The position numbers and the translations under genes are program-made. This document shows, one piece after another, positions 38,531-48,232 of a DNA stretch of 64,000 nt; within the stretch, counting starts at the first letter, position 1, and each line of letters starts with the position of its first letter. The DNA comes from Erythrobacter sp. (GTDB lineage: Bacteria > Pseudomonadota > Alphaproteobacteria > Sphingomonadales > Sphingomonadaceae): positions 5,797 to 69,796 of the forward strand of contig JAHDDJ010000001.1 in NCBI GenBank assembly GCA_020629385.1, written 5' to 3'. Under the pieces are notes generated by a model. It had not been told where the DNA came from, ran no database searches, and saw nothing but the letters and a program-made list of their open reading frames with translations.

Positions 38531-39156
38531 TAGAAGAATCCTTCCTTGATTGAAATAGTATCGCCAGGAGCGATCGGTTGGGAGAGTGCCGCGCGAAATT
38601 CTTCGCCCGTCGGCTTGACCACGAAAATGCGACGCGATGAGGCTCTGTCAGTCAGACCGCCCGCAAGTGCAATGGCGCGATTTAGCGTCAGGCCTGGTTG
38701 ATAGGGATAGCTACCGGGGGATCGAACCTCGCCGCCAATGTAAAATGGCCGATATTCTTTTATTGTGACATTCACAGCCGGGTTCACTAAGTAGCCGTTA
38801 CGCAGTAGCTCAGTGATGTGTTGTTCCAGTTCTACACTGGTTTTGCCTGACACCTGCACATCACCCAGATAGGAATAGTTTATCGACCCACTGGCGCTAA
38901 CCCGAGCATCCATTGTAAGGTCAGGCTCGTCAAACACCTGGATGGCGATTTGGTCGCCCTCTCCGAGACGATATTGGCCAGTTGACACTGGCACCAGCTC
39001 CGGCACGTCCGCGTTGCTGTCGACTGGTGCTGAGGGAACGGTCGCGACAGGCTCAGAAGGAAGGCTATCGGCCTCTCCGAATGTACTAGCGCAACCTAGT
39101 AGGGTACCGAAGAGCGGCCCCAAAGCAAGCAACCGAAAGATGCAGGAGAACTTCAT
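38530..39156 (-). CDS. wza: Short OPX (Wza-like) polysaccharide export lipoprotein
   Basis: Lipobox LLGC, PES motif YRLGEGD..I.VFDEPDL, one SLBB domain (GEVRSPGSY, AIALAGG). Ends ISIKEGFF with no C-terminal membrane helix. Confidence 0.9.
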   Translation of the reverse strand: MKFSCIFRLLALGPLFGTLLGCASTFGEADSLPSEPVATVPSAPVDSNADVPELVPVSTGQYRLGEGDQIAIQVFDEPDLTMDARVSASGSINYSYLGDVQVSGKTSVELEQHITELLRNGYLVNPAVNVTIKEYRPFYIGGEVRSPGSYPYQPGLTLNRAIALAGGLTDRASSRRIFVVKPTGEEFRAALSQPIAPGDTISIKEGFF

Positions 39157-39415
39157 AGAAAATCAGCCCTTAAATTCACAACGGCCAGCCTATAGAATTT
39201 TATTGACTCAGCGGGGTGTCTGAATCGCAAAAATCACATCAAGACGGTCGCGAATATCGAGAAACGGTAATGGTACACAAAAGATTTTGCCACCGGCCGG
39301 AAGAAGAGCCATTCTTTCTGCGCGCTAACGTAATTTTACAAGCCATCGGTTTCACTGCTGAAAACCTGCGCGGCTTCGCTATACTGGCCGCCCGCAAGGA
39401 CTTTAACCAATCGAA

Positions 39416-40624
39416 ATGCTACCCCACAAACCATCGACTGGCGCCGCTCTGTTTGGCATCTTTTTGACGCTACCCACTCATGGCTTCGCGCAGGGGGCCG
39501 CCGTCTCCCTGGGTGAGACGGAACTCGTCCCTAGCTTGCAGTTGACTTACCTCAGCAGCGACAACTTACTCAGAACCGAGGAGGATCCCATCGAGGGCAG
39601 CGTGGTGTCTGTTCAGCCTCGACTCGACTGGACGGCAGATCGCCGGCTGCTAACCCTGAACGCCAGTTACGCTGGGGACTACACAACTACCGCCGAGTCC
39701 GCGGCAGACTACACCGATCACGCCGTTGAATTTTCAGCTGCCGCTGAGTTCACGAGTCGCAACCGGTCTGACTTCTCCTTGCAATTCATCAGGGACCATA
39801 TCGATGTAGGAGTTGGCTTACTGGCAAACAGCAATTCCGTTGACGAGGTCGCCGAGTTCTCACAAGCAAATTTAGAACTAGGTCACACCTTTGGTGCAGC
39901 GAATGCCAAAGGCAACGTTAGGGGTACGTTTAAGGTCCAGTCACGAAATTACTCAAATCTTCCAACCTTCACCACTGGTTACGATTACAACCTGATTGAG
40001 GGAGCTGGCGAATTTAGTTACCGAGCATCTGCCGACACTCGCTTATTAGTCGGTATCAGAGCAGCGCAAATTGATTTCAGCTCAGATGCGAGAGACCGCG
40101 ATGAAGTCGGCGTTTACACCGGATTACAATTTTCAGCCACAGGAAAATTGCGAGGCGCCATTCGTCTTGGGGCAACCCAAGCCTCTTACCCATCAATTAA
40201 TCGCGACCCTTCTACAGATTTGACCATCACAGGCGCGCTAGATTATTTGATCAGCGATATCTCCAATATCAAGTTAGCGGTCAGACGAGAAGTAGACAAC
40301 GCTCAAGGGGTGGTTAGCGATTTATCCACCAGCCCGGTTGAAACCACCCTGGGCGCATCATGGTCACGGCAATGGACGTCACGTATCTCCAGTAAGGTTG
40401 GAATTGAAGCTGAGTACATTGACGCTAGCTGCCCTAACGTGTCGATGCAGACAACAACCCCTTCTCTAGAACTCAGTTACGCATTCCGTCGCTGGATAAG
40501 TGCCGGTGCACAGGCTGCGATTGAAACACGAGGTGCAGACAACTGCATAGACGACCCGAACAGTAACTTTGTCGAGGACTATGAACGACAGTCGGTTGGG
40601 GTATTTATTCGAGCCACGCTGTAG
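39416..40624 (+). CDS. Outer-membrane beta-barrel protein, EPS-export associated
   Basis: Signal peptide, alternating amphipathic beta-strand pattern and terminal strand VGVFIRATL. Divergent from wza. Confidence 0.75.
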   Translation: MLPHKPSTGAALFGIFLTLPTHGFAQGAAVSLGETELVPSLQLTYLSSDNLLRTEEDPIEGSVVSVQPRLDWTADRRLLTLNASYAGDYTTTAESAADYTDHAVEFSAAAEFTSRNRSDFSLQFIRDHIDVGVGLLANSNSVDEVAEFSQANLELGHTFGAANAKGNVRGTFKVQSRNYSNLPTFTTGYDYNLIEGAGEFSYRASADTRLLVGIRAAQIDFSSDARDRDEVGVYTGLQFSATGKLRGAIRLGATQASYPSINRDPSTDLTITGALDYLISDISNIKLAVRREVDNAQGVVSDLSTSPVETTLGASWSRQWTSRISSKVGIEAEYIDASCPNVSMQTTTPSLELSYAFRRWISAGAQAAIETRGADNCIDDPNSNFVEDYERQSVGVFIRATL

Positions 40625-40666
40625 CGCACTCGCGAAGGTCGGCTAGGTACGACTTTTACAAACGCT

Positions 40667-41731
40667 TCAACGCGATGGCCGAGCTGCGGTAGATCCCGCT
40701 CTCCAACGACCGGTAAGTAATCCATATAAACTGCCCAGGCCGTAGCTGGCATGAAACGCCAGTGTCAGCGGTGGTAAGAACAGGTAAGCAAGCCGAACAG
40801 CTTGCTCCCCGCGTGAAGACTTCAGTCGATAATGTGTGTATGACATTAATCCGCAAGCTTGATGAACCAGTAACAAGATCAGCAAAGCTGTAAAAAAACC
40901 TGATGCTAAGGCATGCATCCCCGCTAAAAAACAAATCACTGAGCCCAGCAGCAAACTCAGCAGTGCCATAACAAAAAACAACGGTACCCAGTGGTACCAT
41001 CGCAAAGCGCGTCTGTTGTGACCTAACGTAAAAACGTTCCAGTGCCCGTTTCTGAACGCGTAAAACATCGAATCTTTAACGGTCAGTTTCGGTGCATAAA
41101 CCGCTTCAGCCTTCCAAGTTATGAACAGTTTATGGCCCGCTTCAATCAGTCGGCGGTTCATATCATTGTCCTGGTTCCGAGTCAGAGCTGTGTTGTATAA
41201 GCCTACATCTATCAAGGCTTGTTTTTTGAATACTCCATACGGAATGGTCGTGGCATACCCCTCTTTTATATTCCGAAAAGATTGTGAAGAACAGGTAAAT
41301 GGCAACGACATTAACAGCGCAAGCACTCTTGATTCGTAATTTTGACTGGCTGTAGTTATTTGAACACGTCCGCTGCACCCGACTGCCTTCTTTTCGAGAA
41401 GGACCTCAAAGCAGGTTTGCAGGTAGCGTGTGTCGTAACAGGCGTGTGAACCGAGTATGGCAACGTATTCTCCAGACGCCTGTTGTATTCCGGTATTGAA
41501 CGCGTGGGGGGCAGTTTGCATGGGGTTTTCCACCATTCGCGCATTCGCGTGTCGTGCGCAGAAATCTTCCGCAACTGATCGGCTACCGTCGGTTGACATG
41601 CCGTCGACAATGATGATCTCAATATCGATTCCATCACAGGATTGAGCGGCGAGACTTTCCAACGCGGCGCCGAGGTGCTCGATTTCATTACGCACTGCAA
41701 GTACAACACTAATCAAAGGTTGAGCGCTCAA
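40667..41731 (-). CDS. Glycosyltransferase family 2 (ExoA-like)
   Basis: ISVVLAVRNE, VDGMSTDGS, NQDNDMNRR and C-terminal TMs ending HASYGLG. Likely TTG start at 41731. Confidence 0.88.
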   Translation of the reverse strand: MSAQPLISVVLAVRNEIEHLGAALESLAAQSCDGIDIEIIIVDGMSTDGSRSVAEDFCARHANARMVENPMQTAPHAFNTGIQQASGEYVAILGSHACYDTRYLQTCFEVLLEKKAVGCSGRVQITTASQNYESRVLALLMSLPFTCSSQSFRNIKEGYATTIPYGVFKKQALIDVGLYNTALTRNQDNDMNRRLIEAGHKLFITWKAEAVYAPKLTVKDSMFYAFRNGHWNVFTLGHNRRALRWYHWVPLFFVMALLSLLLGSVICFLAGMHALASGFFTALLILLLVHQACGLMSYTHYRLKSSRGEQAVRLAYLFLPPLTLAFHASYGLGSLYGLLTGRWRAGSTAARPSR

Positions 41732-41860
41732 AACAAATCCTGTTGTCTTCCTGTTCTGCGCGTACACTTTACTGCATTCACTCAGCGGCAATACCAAAAT
41801 TAATCATCGCGTTGAGATATTGAATTACTGCCTCTTAAGTTATGCAAACGAAATAGTCAT

Positions 41861-43072
41861 ATGCAGGAACGCGATAGCACCAAAAGGATTCTCTATATAA
41901 CAGCAGCATTTCCATGGCCGCAATCAGAGAGTTTTCTGATTCCAGAAATTAACACCCTGGCAAAAGCGGGGGATCAACTGATCGTAGTGCCGACACGTCT
42001 CATACAGACGCCTGTGGCGTTGCCAGATGAGATGCACCACACCGTTTCATTGCATGCCGTGGCGCTATTCAAGCCAGCTTGTTTAAAGGCATTTGCAAAG
42101 CTTTTATATGCTCGACCGAAGTTCATAAGCCAGCTTATAATTCGTTTATTCGGCAGCGGTTTTAAAAAAGGTTTAAAAAATTTATTGGTATTACCCAAGG
42201 CTGCTTATTTCGCCCAACTGATTCGAGAAACACCGATTGATCACATTCATGCTCACTGGGCTGGTGTTTCCGGTTCACTGGCATTTGAGATTGCTGAAAT
42301 ATCAGGCGTAAGTTTTAGCATCACCGCGCATCGGTGGGATGTGTCCGAAAATAATCTGCTTCCGCTAAAAAGCCAGCATGCATCGTTCATGCGTTTTATT
42401 TCCGAAAAAGAGCGACAACTGGCAATCTCTTTGGGCGCAAGGGAACGCACTGCTGTTCGCATTCCCATGGGGGTTACAACCGGCGGTGCGTCAGCACGAA
42501 CGTTTCCCAAAAAACCGGTTACGTGGCAACTTATCTGCATTGCCTCTTTTCTTGAAGTTAAAGGGCATGAATTCTTATTCTGCGCTTTTGAAACTTTGCT
42601 TTCGAAAAAGATCGATGTGCACCTGACACTGGTTGGAGACGGCCCACTCAAACAGCGCTTAGAAACACGGTACGCTCATTTGAGCGGGAATCTGACTTTT
42701 AAGGGAAACCTGAAACACGCCGTGGTCATGGATCAACTAGCCAGTGGGCATTTTCATATTGGAGTACTTAGCAGCGTAACTGATCGTCATGGCGAACATG
42801 AGGGAGTTCCGGTTTGCCTGATGGAGATGATGTCTGCAGGTATGCCGGTTGTGGCGACACAAACCGGTTCGATTCACGAACTTCTACCAGAACATCTTTT
42901 GCTAACGGCTCCGGAGAAAGACGCCAATGCACTTGCTGAACGAATTGAAAAACTCATAACGCAGCCAGCTCACTACGAAACAGCCGCCGCTGAGTTATTA
43001 GCCGTTGTCAATACAAGATATAATAGTGAGTTGAATACATTGACACTTCGCTCACATATTCACAGCAGCTAA
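41861..43072 (+). CDS. Glycosyltransferase family 4 (WcaL/AmsK-like)
   Basis: FPWPQSESF, HIHAHW, TAHRWD, EVKGH and EGVPVCLMEMM. Confidence 0.9.
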   Translation: MQERDSTKRILYITAAFPWPQSESFLIPEINTLAKAGDQLIVVPTRLIQTPVALPDEMHHTVSLHAVALFKPACLKAFAKLLYARPKFISQLIIRLFGSGFKKGLKNLLVLPKAAYFAQLIRETPIDHIHAHWAGVSGSLAFEIAEISGVSFSITAHRWDVSENNLLPLKSQHASFMRFISEKERQLAISLGARERTAVRIPMGVTTGGASARTFPKKPVTWQLICIASFLEVKGHEFLFCAFETLLSKKIDVHLTLVGDGPLKQRLETRYAHLSGNLTFKGNLKHAVVMDQLASGHFHIGVLSSVTDRHGEHEGVPVCLMEMMSAGMPVVATQTGSIHELLPEHLLLTAPEKDANALAERIEKLITQPAHYETAAAELLAVVNTRYNSELNTLTLRSHIHSS

Positions 43073-44334
43073 TGGAGTATCGAAAAAATCGCGTTCTAAG
43101 CCTACTAGACGCATCGCAAGCGGTGCTTATTCAGTCACTTGGTCCGCTAAGCTATTTCGTGCTCATACTGGTAATCACCCAGGTGTGGGGAGCTGAAGTT
43201 CAAGGGCAATATGCACAAGCCAAAGCGTGGGTTGATTTCAGCGTGGCATTCGGCGCACTCGGTTTGGCTCAAGGTGTGACTTACGCGTTGAACAAGTCAT
43301 CGTTGGTCATATCCGATGTACTTAAACTAGGTGCATTTTTTGGCGTAATAACATTTTGCATCCTGTTCATCGCCGCCTTACTGTTGCCTGCGCACACGAC
43401 TCAGGTGTTTTCATCCGTTGGGAGTGACTGGGTTATTGCAGCACTTATAACGGCGAGCAGCGTGGGCGTAATGGCATCCATTTGGCGAGGTGGGCTACTT
43501 AGCATTGCCGATGGTGTCGTTTACTCAGTGGCCACGGTGTTTCAGCCCGTGACACTTTTGCTACTGGTATGCGTGCTGAGCCTTCTTATTACGAACCTCC
43601 CCATCATCGGGCTTATGAGTATCTCCTACTCGGTTGCTGCCGCGTTTATTTTTGTGAGTCTGCTGGTTCTTAAAACAAGTACAGAACGCTTAATACAAAG
43701 CGAATCACCACACGCTCAGCTGACGGCAGCCAGCTTTCACGCGTTTTTACAAAACGTAAGCATGGCGCTGGTACCGTTATTATCCATCTGGCTGCTCCAA
43801 GTACACGGCGCATCTTTGGCAGACATTGGCGTTTGGAGCGTAGCAGCCGCTGTCTTTCAAATAATCGCCAGCCCGGTCGCCATGATCGCCCCCATGCTAT
43901 TCAGCCGCTGGTCTTCAGGCACAAAGACCAATTCTGTCGCGCAGGCAAAATCATTAGCCTCGTTGGCTTTTATTGTCTCACTACCCTTCACCCTGGTCCT
44001 GGTCATTTGCACCTACAACGCGCTGCCGTGGGTCTTCGGTGAGGCTTTTTCTGGTGCTTCAATAGCGGCGAGCGTATTGGCCGCAGGCACCCCGCTGGTT
44101 GTGGTGTCGCGGATTTTGTCACCATTGATATTTGCTACGGACAACGCTCGCTTATTAAGCGGACTGTATTTTACGCGGCTGATCTGCATCCTAGCTTTAA
44201 GCATAGTGCTTTTAAGGGTAACAACGCTTCCTCCTAGCGTTGTAATTGCTATAAGCTGGACAACAGCCGAAGCAGGACTCACCGCATTGTGCTGGCATTG
44301 GCTCGGCAACCAAATCCTCAACGTAGCGCGATAG
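43072..44334 (+). CDS. Wzx-like flippase (polysaccharide biosynthesis membrane protein)
   Basis: About 12 TM segments with WGAEVQGQY, IGVWSVA and FGEAF patterns typical of PST flippases. Confidence 0.7.
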   Translation: MEYRKNRVLSLLDASQAVLIQSLGPLSYFVLILVITQVWGAEVQGQYAQAKAWVDFSVAFGALGLAQGVTYALNKSSLVISDVLKLGAFFGVITFCILFIAALLLPAHTTQVFSSVGSDWVIAALITASSVGVMASIWRGGLLSIADGVVYSVATVFQPVTLLLLVCVLSLLITNLPIIGLMSISYSVAAAFIFVSLLVLKTSTERLIQSESPHAQLTAASFHAFLQNVSMALVPLLSIWLLQVHGASLADIGVWSVAAAVFQIIASPVAMIAPMLFSRWSSGTKTNSVAQAKSLASLAFIVSLPFTLVLVICTYNALPWVFGEAFSGASIAASVLAAGTPLVVVSRILSPLIFATDNARLLSGLYFTRLICILALSIVLLRVTTLPPSVVIAISWTTAEAGLTALCWHWLGNQILNVAR

Positions 44335-44396
44335 TTCGATCTCCAGCTATTAAATTCGTTGTGAAAACAGTACCGGAGTAAACGGAAATATCTATC

Positions 44397-45041
44397 TTGA
44401 GCACGGATGGCGAGTTATCAGCGGGAAAACAAGCTGGTTATTACAAACGATACGGCAAACGGGTACTCGATATCATTGGCGCCGCCTTCGCTTTGGTGAT
44501 TCTGTCGCCGCTGCTAGCCGCACTGGCATTTACGATTATGGTCGCACAAGGAAGGCCTGTACTCTTCAAACAAACAAGAGTCGGTAAACACGGCACTGAA
44601 TTCACTTTGTATAAATTTCGTACAATGCAAGTCCGGACTGGTTCAGACGAAGGTTTTCTATCGAGCGAACGCCCTGACGTGACTCCCTTGGGAGCATGGA
44701 TGAGAAGGCGAAAACTGGATGAACTACCCCAATTAGTAAACGTGTTGTGCGGGCACATGTCATTCGTTGGCCCGCGACCGGAAACCCCGAACTGGGTGCA
44801 AAAATCAAAGCTAGACTGGTCAAAAGTCGAGCAGGTTCGACCAGGCATAACTGATTTAGCGTCGATTAAGTATCGAAACGAAGAACAAATTCTTGCGTCC
44901 GTGGATGACGCTAGACAATACTACCAACACACGATATTGCCGGATAAAATCAAGATCGCAAGTCGTTATGTAGACACGATGTCCTTGTCTACCGACCTGA
45001 TAATCGTTGTAAGAACGTTAAAACTAATCGGCAAAGAGTAG
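44397..45041 (+). CDS. Monotopic phosphoglycosyl transferase (Bac_transf, PglC/WbaP C-domain)
   Basis: KRVLD, FKQTRVG, KFRTM, LDELPQL, MSFVGPRP and RPGITD. Confidence 0.93.
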   Translation: MSTDGELSAGKQAGYYKRYGKRVLDIIGAAFALVILSPLLAALAFTIMVAQGRPVLFKQTRVGKHGTEFTLYKFRTMQVRTGSDEGFLSSERPDVTPLGAWMRRRKLDELPQLVNVLCGHMSFVGPRPETPNWVQKSKLDWSKVEQVRPGITDLASIKYRNEEQILASVDDARQYYQHTILPDKIKIASRYVDTMSLSTDLIIVVRTLKLIGKE

Positions 45042-45097
45042 AGCTTGAATTAGGCCAAGCAATTGGACGCATTGGCACAACACATAAGCATTGATTT

Positions 45098-46303
45098 ATG
45101 GACATAACTTCGAAAGCAATCCCGTTCGCATCAGTGGACTGCTCCGGCAACGAGCTAGTTTACGTTCAGGATGTTTTGGGCAGCGGTTGGCTAACCACGG
45201 GGAAATGGGTCGAACGACTTGAGCAAGAGTTCGCAAACCACATTGGTTGTAAGCACGCGCTCGCGGTAAATTCCTGTACTTCTGCTCTGCATCTAGCCCT
45301 GGACGCGGTGGGGGTTCGCGAAGGTGACAAAGTGCTGGTACCAGCGATGACTTTCGCATCCACGGTCGAAGTCATCTGTTACCAGCGAGCCGTTCCTATT
45401 TTGATGGACGTTGACCCGAATACCTCAGCACTCAGTGGTGCAATCATGAAGAAAGCACTTGCCGAACACCCGGATGCGAAAGCCATGATCGTCGTTCACT
45501 ATGGTGGTCAGTGCGTGCCCATGTTGGGTGAAGACGGCGCGGTAGCGTTGTGTCGCAAAGCTGGTGTCAAACTTATCGAAGATGCCGCTCATGCTTTCCC
45601 GGCCAAAGAAAATGACCAATACGTGGGCACACTGGCAGATGCCACCTGCTTCAGTTTTTACGCCAACAAAACGATTACCACCGGGGAAGGTGGGATGCTG
45701 ACGTGTCGTTCAGATGCTATCGCAAAACGCGCCCGCCTCATGCGCCTTCACGGCATTGATAGAGATGTTTGGACACGGTTCACTCACACCAGAACCATCC
45801 GCGGCTGGGAATACGACGTCACTGCACCGGGGTACAAGTACAACATGGCGGACATTAACGCAGCCATTGGTGTCGCGCAGCTCGAAAGAGCAGAAACCAT
45901 GCGCAACCAACGACAGACAATAGCGGCGAAGTACGATGTAGCCTTCAAAAATCATGAATACCTTGAAGCACTGGATTGCAGAGTTCAACCCGACGAACAC
46001 GCCTGGCACTTGTACCCAATAAAATTAAAAGATGGTTGTGCTAATAAAAGAGACGCATTGATCGACTTTTTATCGAAGGCCGGTATTGGCACCTCAGTGC
46101 ACTACAAACCTATACATCGCTTGAGCTACTACAACCGTTTGTTGAATGTTACTGACGATGAATTTGCCAACAGCGACATGCTATGGAATTCGTCAATCTC
46201 CCTACCCCTTTACCACACGCTCAATGAGCCGGCTGTTCGTAAAATTATTCAAACCGTCATGGCGGGTTGTGAGGCACTGTACCCAACTGCTGTCGTGAGC
46301 TAA
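45098..46303 (+). CDS. DegT/DnrJ/EryC1/StrS aminotransferase
   Basis: GWLTTG, NSCTSALH, EDAAHA, SFYANKTITTGEGG (PLP lysine) and GYKYNM. Confidence 0.93.
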   Translation: MDITSKAIPFASVDCSGNELVYVQDVLGSGWLTTGKWVERLEQEFANHIGCKHALAVNSCTSALHLALDAVGVREGDKVLVPAMTFASTVEVICYQRAVPILMDVDPNTSALSGAIMKKALAEHPDAKAMIVVHYGGQCVPMLGEDGAVALCRKAGVKLIEDAAHAFPAKENDQYVGTLADATCFSFYANKTITTGEGGMLTCRSDAIAKRARLMRLHGIDRDVWTRFTHTRTIRGWEYDVTAPGYKYNMADINAAIGVAQLERAETMRNQRQTIAAKYDVAFKNHEYLEALDCRVQPDEHAWHLYPIKLKDGCANKRDALIDFLSKAGIGTSVHYKPIHRLSYYNRLLNVTDDEFANSDMLWNSSISLPLYHTLNEPAVRKIIQTVMAGCEALYPTAVVS

Positions 46304-48189
46304 ACAGTAACCTCATAAACTCGCAGCCAAACAGCGAGCATAGCAACTCTAAAATAAAAATCTCGAGCGCTTGCGGACATCTGGCGCTCGGGTTGCTGCA
46401 ATGACTCGAGCAAGGCATCTACATTGACTAATTGTCGTAGCTGCTCGCTCGTCTGCATTTCATGATGCAGCCGGGTATTTAGCCCATCATTTATCCACTG
46501 TTGTAAGGGGGCAAAAAAATTGAATTTATTCCGTCGAGCAAGAACTTGCTCTGGAACGGATCCCTTTAGCGAGTCTCTCAAAATAGATTTAGTAACGCCT
46601 CGCTTTAATTTGTAAGAGGCGGGCAAGGCCAGCCCCCACTCGACGACACGATGATCGAGATATGGCACACGACTCTCGATAGACCAGGCCATCGAATTCC
46701 TGTCCTCCAAACGCAATAGTGCGGGCACGGAGGTGGTTAGCAAATCAAGTCGCTGCATGGCTTGAACGTTACCTCCCAACAAACGCACAGACTGATCATT
46801 TGGTACGTTTTCCAGCGCAGTTCCGTGTAAAGCAGTTTGAATTATGTTCGTATCCGATCTCATCCAGGCGGGCAAATACCTAGCGGCTTCGTGCCATCTA
46901 AAAAAGCCTCGGTCGCCGTAAGCGGCAAAGTGTGCCGCAGTTCGTATAAATCGAGCGTACTCGCCCTGTTTCATCAAAGAGCTAAGGTGCAGGGGAAAGT
47001 ACTTTTTGTACCCACAAAAAATTTCATCAGCTCCCTGACCGTCCAACAGCACGGGAATCCCGTGCTTGCGTGCAAGTTTCATCACACACCATTGAGCGAA
47101 AACGCTGGTACCGGTAATCGGTTCTTCTTGATGCCATATCAGCGCATCCAGGCTGGACTCAAAATCTTGCCGCTTCGGTAAGGTGGTGTGGAAGTCAAAG
47201 CCGCAATACTCAGCCACTATTTCAGCCCAACGGGTTTCATCTAGTTGGCTTTCTGAATTCGAGGCGGTGAAGGTATTCATCGAACGATCGGCGTGTTGAG
47301 CCGCGATACCACAGATACCCGACGAATCTACTCCCCCTGATAAACACGCCCCTACCGGCACATCACTGCGCAGTTGCAACCGGATGGCGTCAGTCAATAG
47401 CTGTTGAGTCTCAGCAACGGCTTCTGAGTACGAAACCTGGTTTTCTTCTGCGTCTTCAGCAACCGACCAAAAAGGAATTTGATTTATCGATGAAGGGTCG
47501 TCCATATCGACAACAGAATAGTGTCCGGGATTAAATACATAAACACCTTCGAAAAACGTTTTATCACTGTGGTTAGTTAACGACCGGGTCAGAAAGTCTC
47601 GAACCGCTGGAAGATATAATTTAGGCGAATCGGATCTGGTCGAAAGGAGTCCTTTAATTTCACTGGAGAACTGCAGAGTTCCCTCATACTTGGCGAAGTG
47701 TAACGGTTTGATACCGAGTCGATCTCGAGACAATATCAACTGGTTCGCCTGCGTATCTACAATGGCCAATGCCCACATGCCGTTGAAGCGTTTAAAACAC
47801 TCTACGCCCCAAAAGGCGTACGCTTCGATAACAACCTCTGAATCGCTGTCGGTTCGAAACTGCACACCGTTGTTCTGCAGTTCCGATCGGATCTCTTTGT
47901 AGTTGTAGACTTCGCCATTGTAACTAAGCCAATAGCGCTGTTGGCCATCGCACATGGGCTGAAGCGAGCGAGCTTCAGGATCGATGATGGCTAATCGAAC
48001 GTGGCCTAGCCCGTATCGACCGATTGACGGCTGGGGTAGCTCCTGATCAGTAGTCTGTAAAAAGGCGGAGTGATCACCGACTAAGAACCCATATCCATCC
48101 GGGCCACGGTGCCGTTGTGCAGAGCACATGCGGTTAAGCGGCGACAGGTCAGTTACCCGCGGTGAAACGATGCCTGCAATTCCGCACAC
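46300..48189 (-). CDS. asnB: AsnB-like amidotransferase, copy 4 (divergent subtype)
   Basis: GTG start giving MCGIAG. Motifs HRGPD, NGEVYN, CLSGGVDSS, LDGQGADE and EDRNSMAWSIESRVP. Confidence 0.92.
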   Translation of the reverse strand: MCGIAGIVSPRVTDLSPLNRMCSAQRHRGPDGYGFLVGDHSAFLQTTDQELPQPSIGRYGLGHVRLAIIDPEARSLQPMCDGQQRYWLSYNGEVYNYKEIRSELQNNGVQFRTDSDSEVVIEAYAFWGVECFKRFNGMWALAIVDTQANQLILSRDRLGIKPLHFAKYEGTLQFSSEIKGLLSTRSDSPKLYLPAVRDFLTRSLTNHSDKTFFEGVYVFNPGHYSVVDMDDPSSINQIPFWSVAEDAEENQVSYSEAVAETQQLLTDAIRLQLRSDVPVGACLSGGVDSSGICGIAAQHADRSMNTFTASNSESQLDETRWAEIVAEYCGFDFHTTLPKRQDFESSLDALIWHQEEPITGTSVFAQWCVMKLARKHGIPVLLDGQGADEIFCGYKKYFPLHLSSLMKQGEYARFIRTAAHFAAYGDRGFFRWHEAARYLPAWMRSDTNIIQTALHGTALENVPNDQSVRLLGGNVQAMQRLDLLTTSVPALLRLEDRNSMAWSIESRVPYLDHRVVEWGLALPASYKLKRGVTKSILRDSLKGSVPEQVLARRNKFNFFAPLQQWINDGLNTRLHHEMQTSEQLRQLVNVDALLESLQQPERQMSASARDFYFRVAMLAVWLRVYEVTV

Positions 48190-48232
48190 AGTGGGTGGCC
48201 TTTAGTTAGCGCAAATGGTTTTGAAAATTGAA

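Noticed and set aside
45536-45550. ops/JUMPstart-like gcggtagcgt
   Set aside because: It lies inside a CDS and is imperfect. I found no intergenic GGCGGTAG element.
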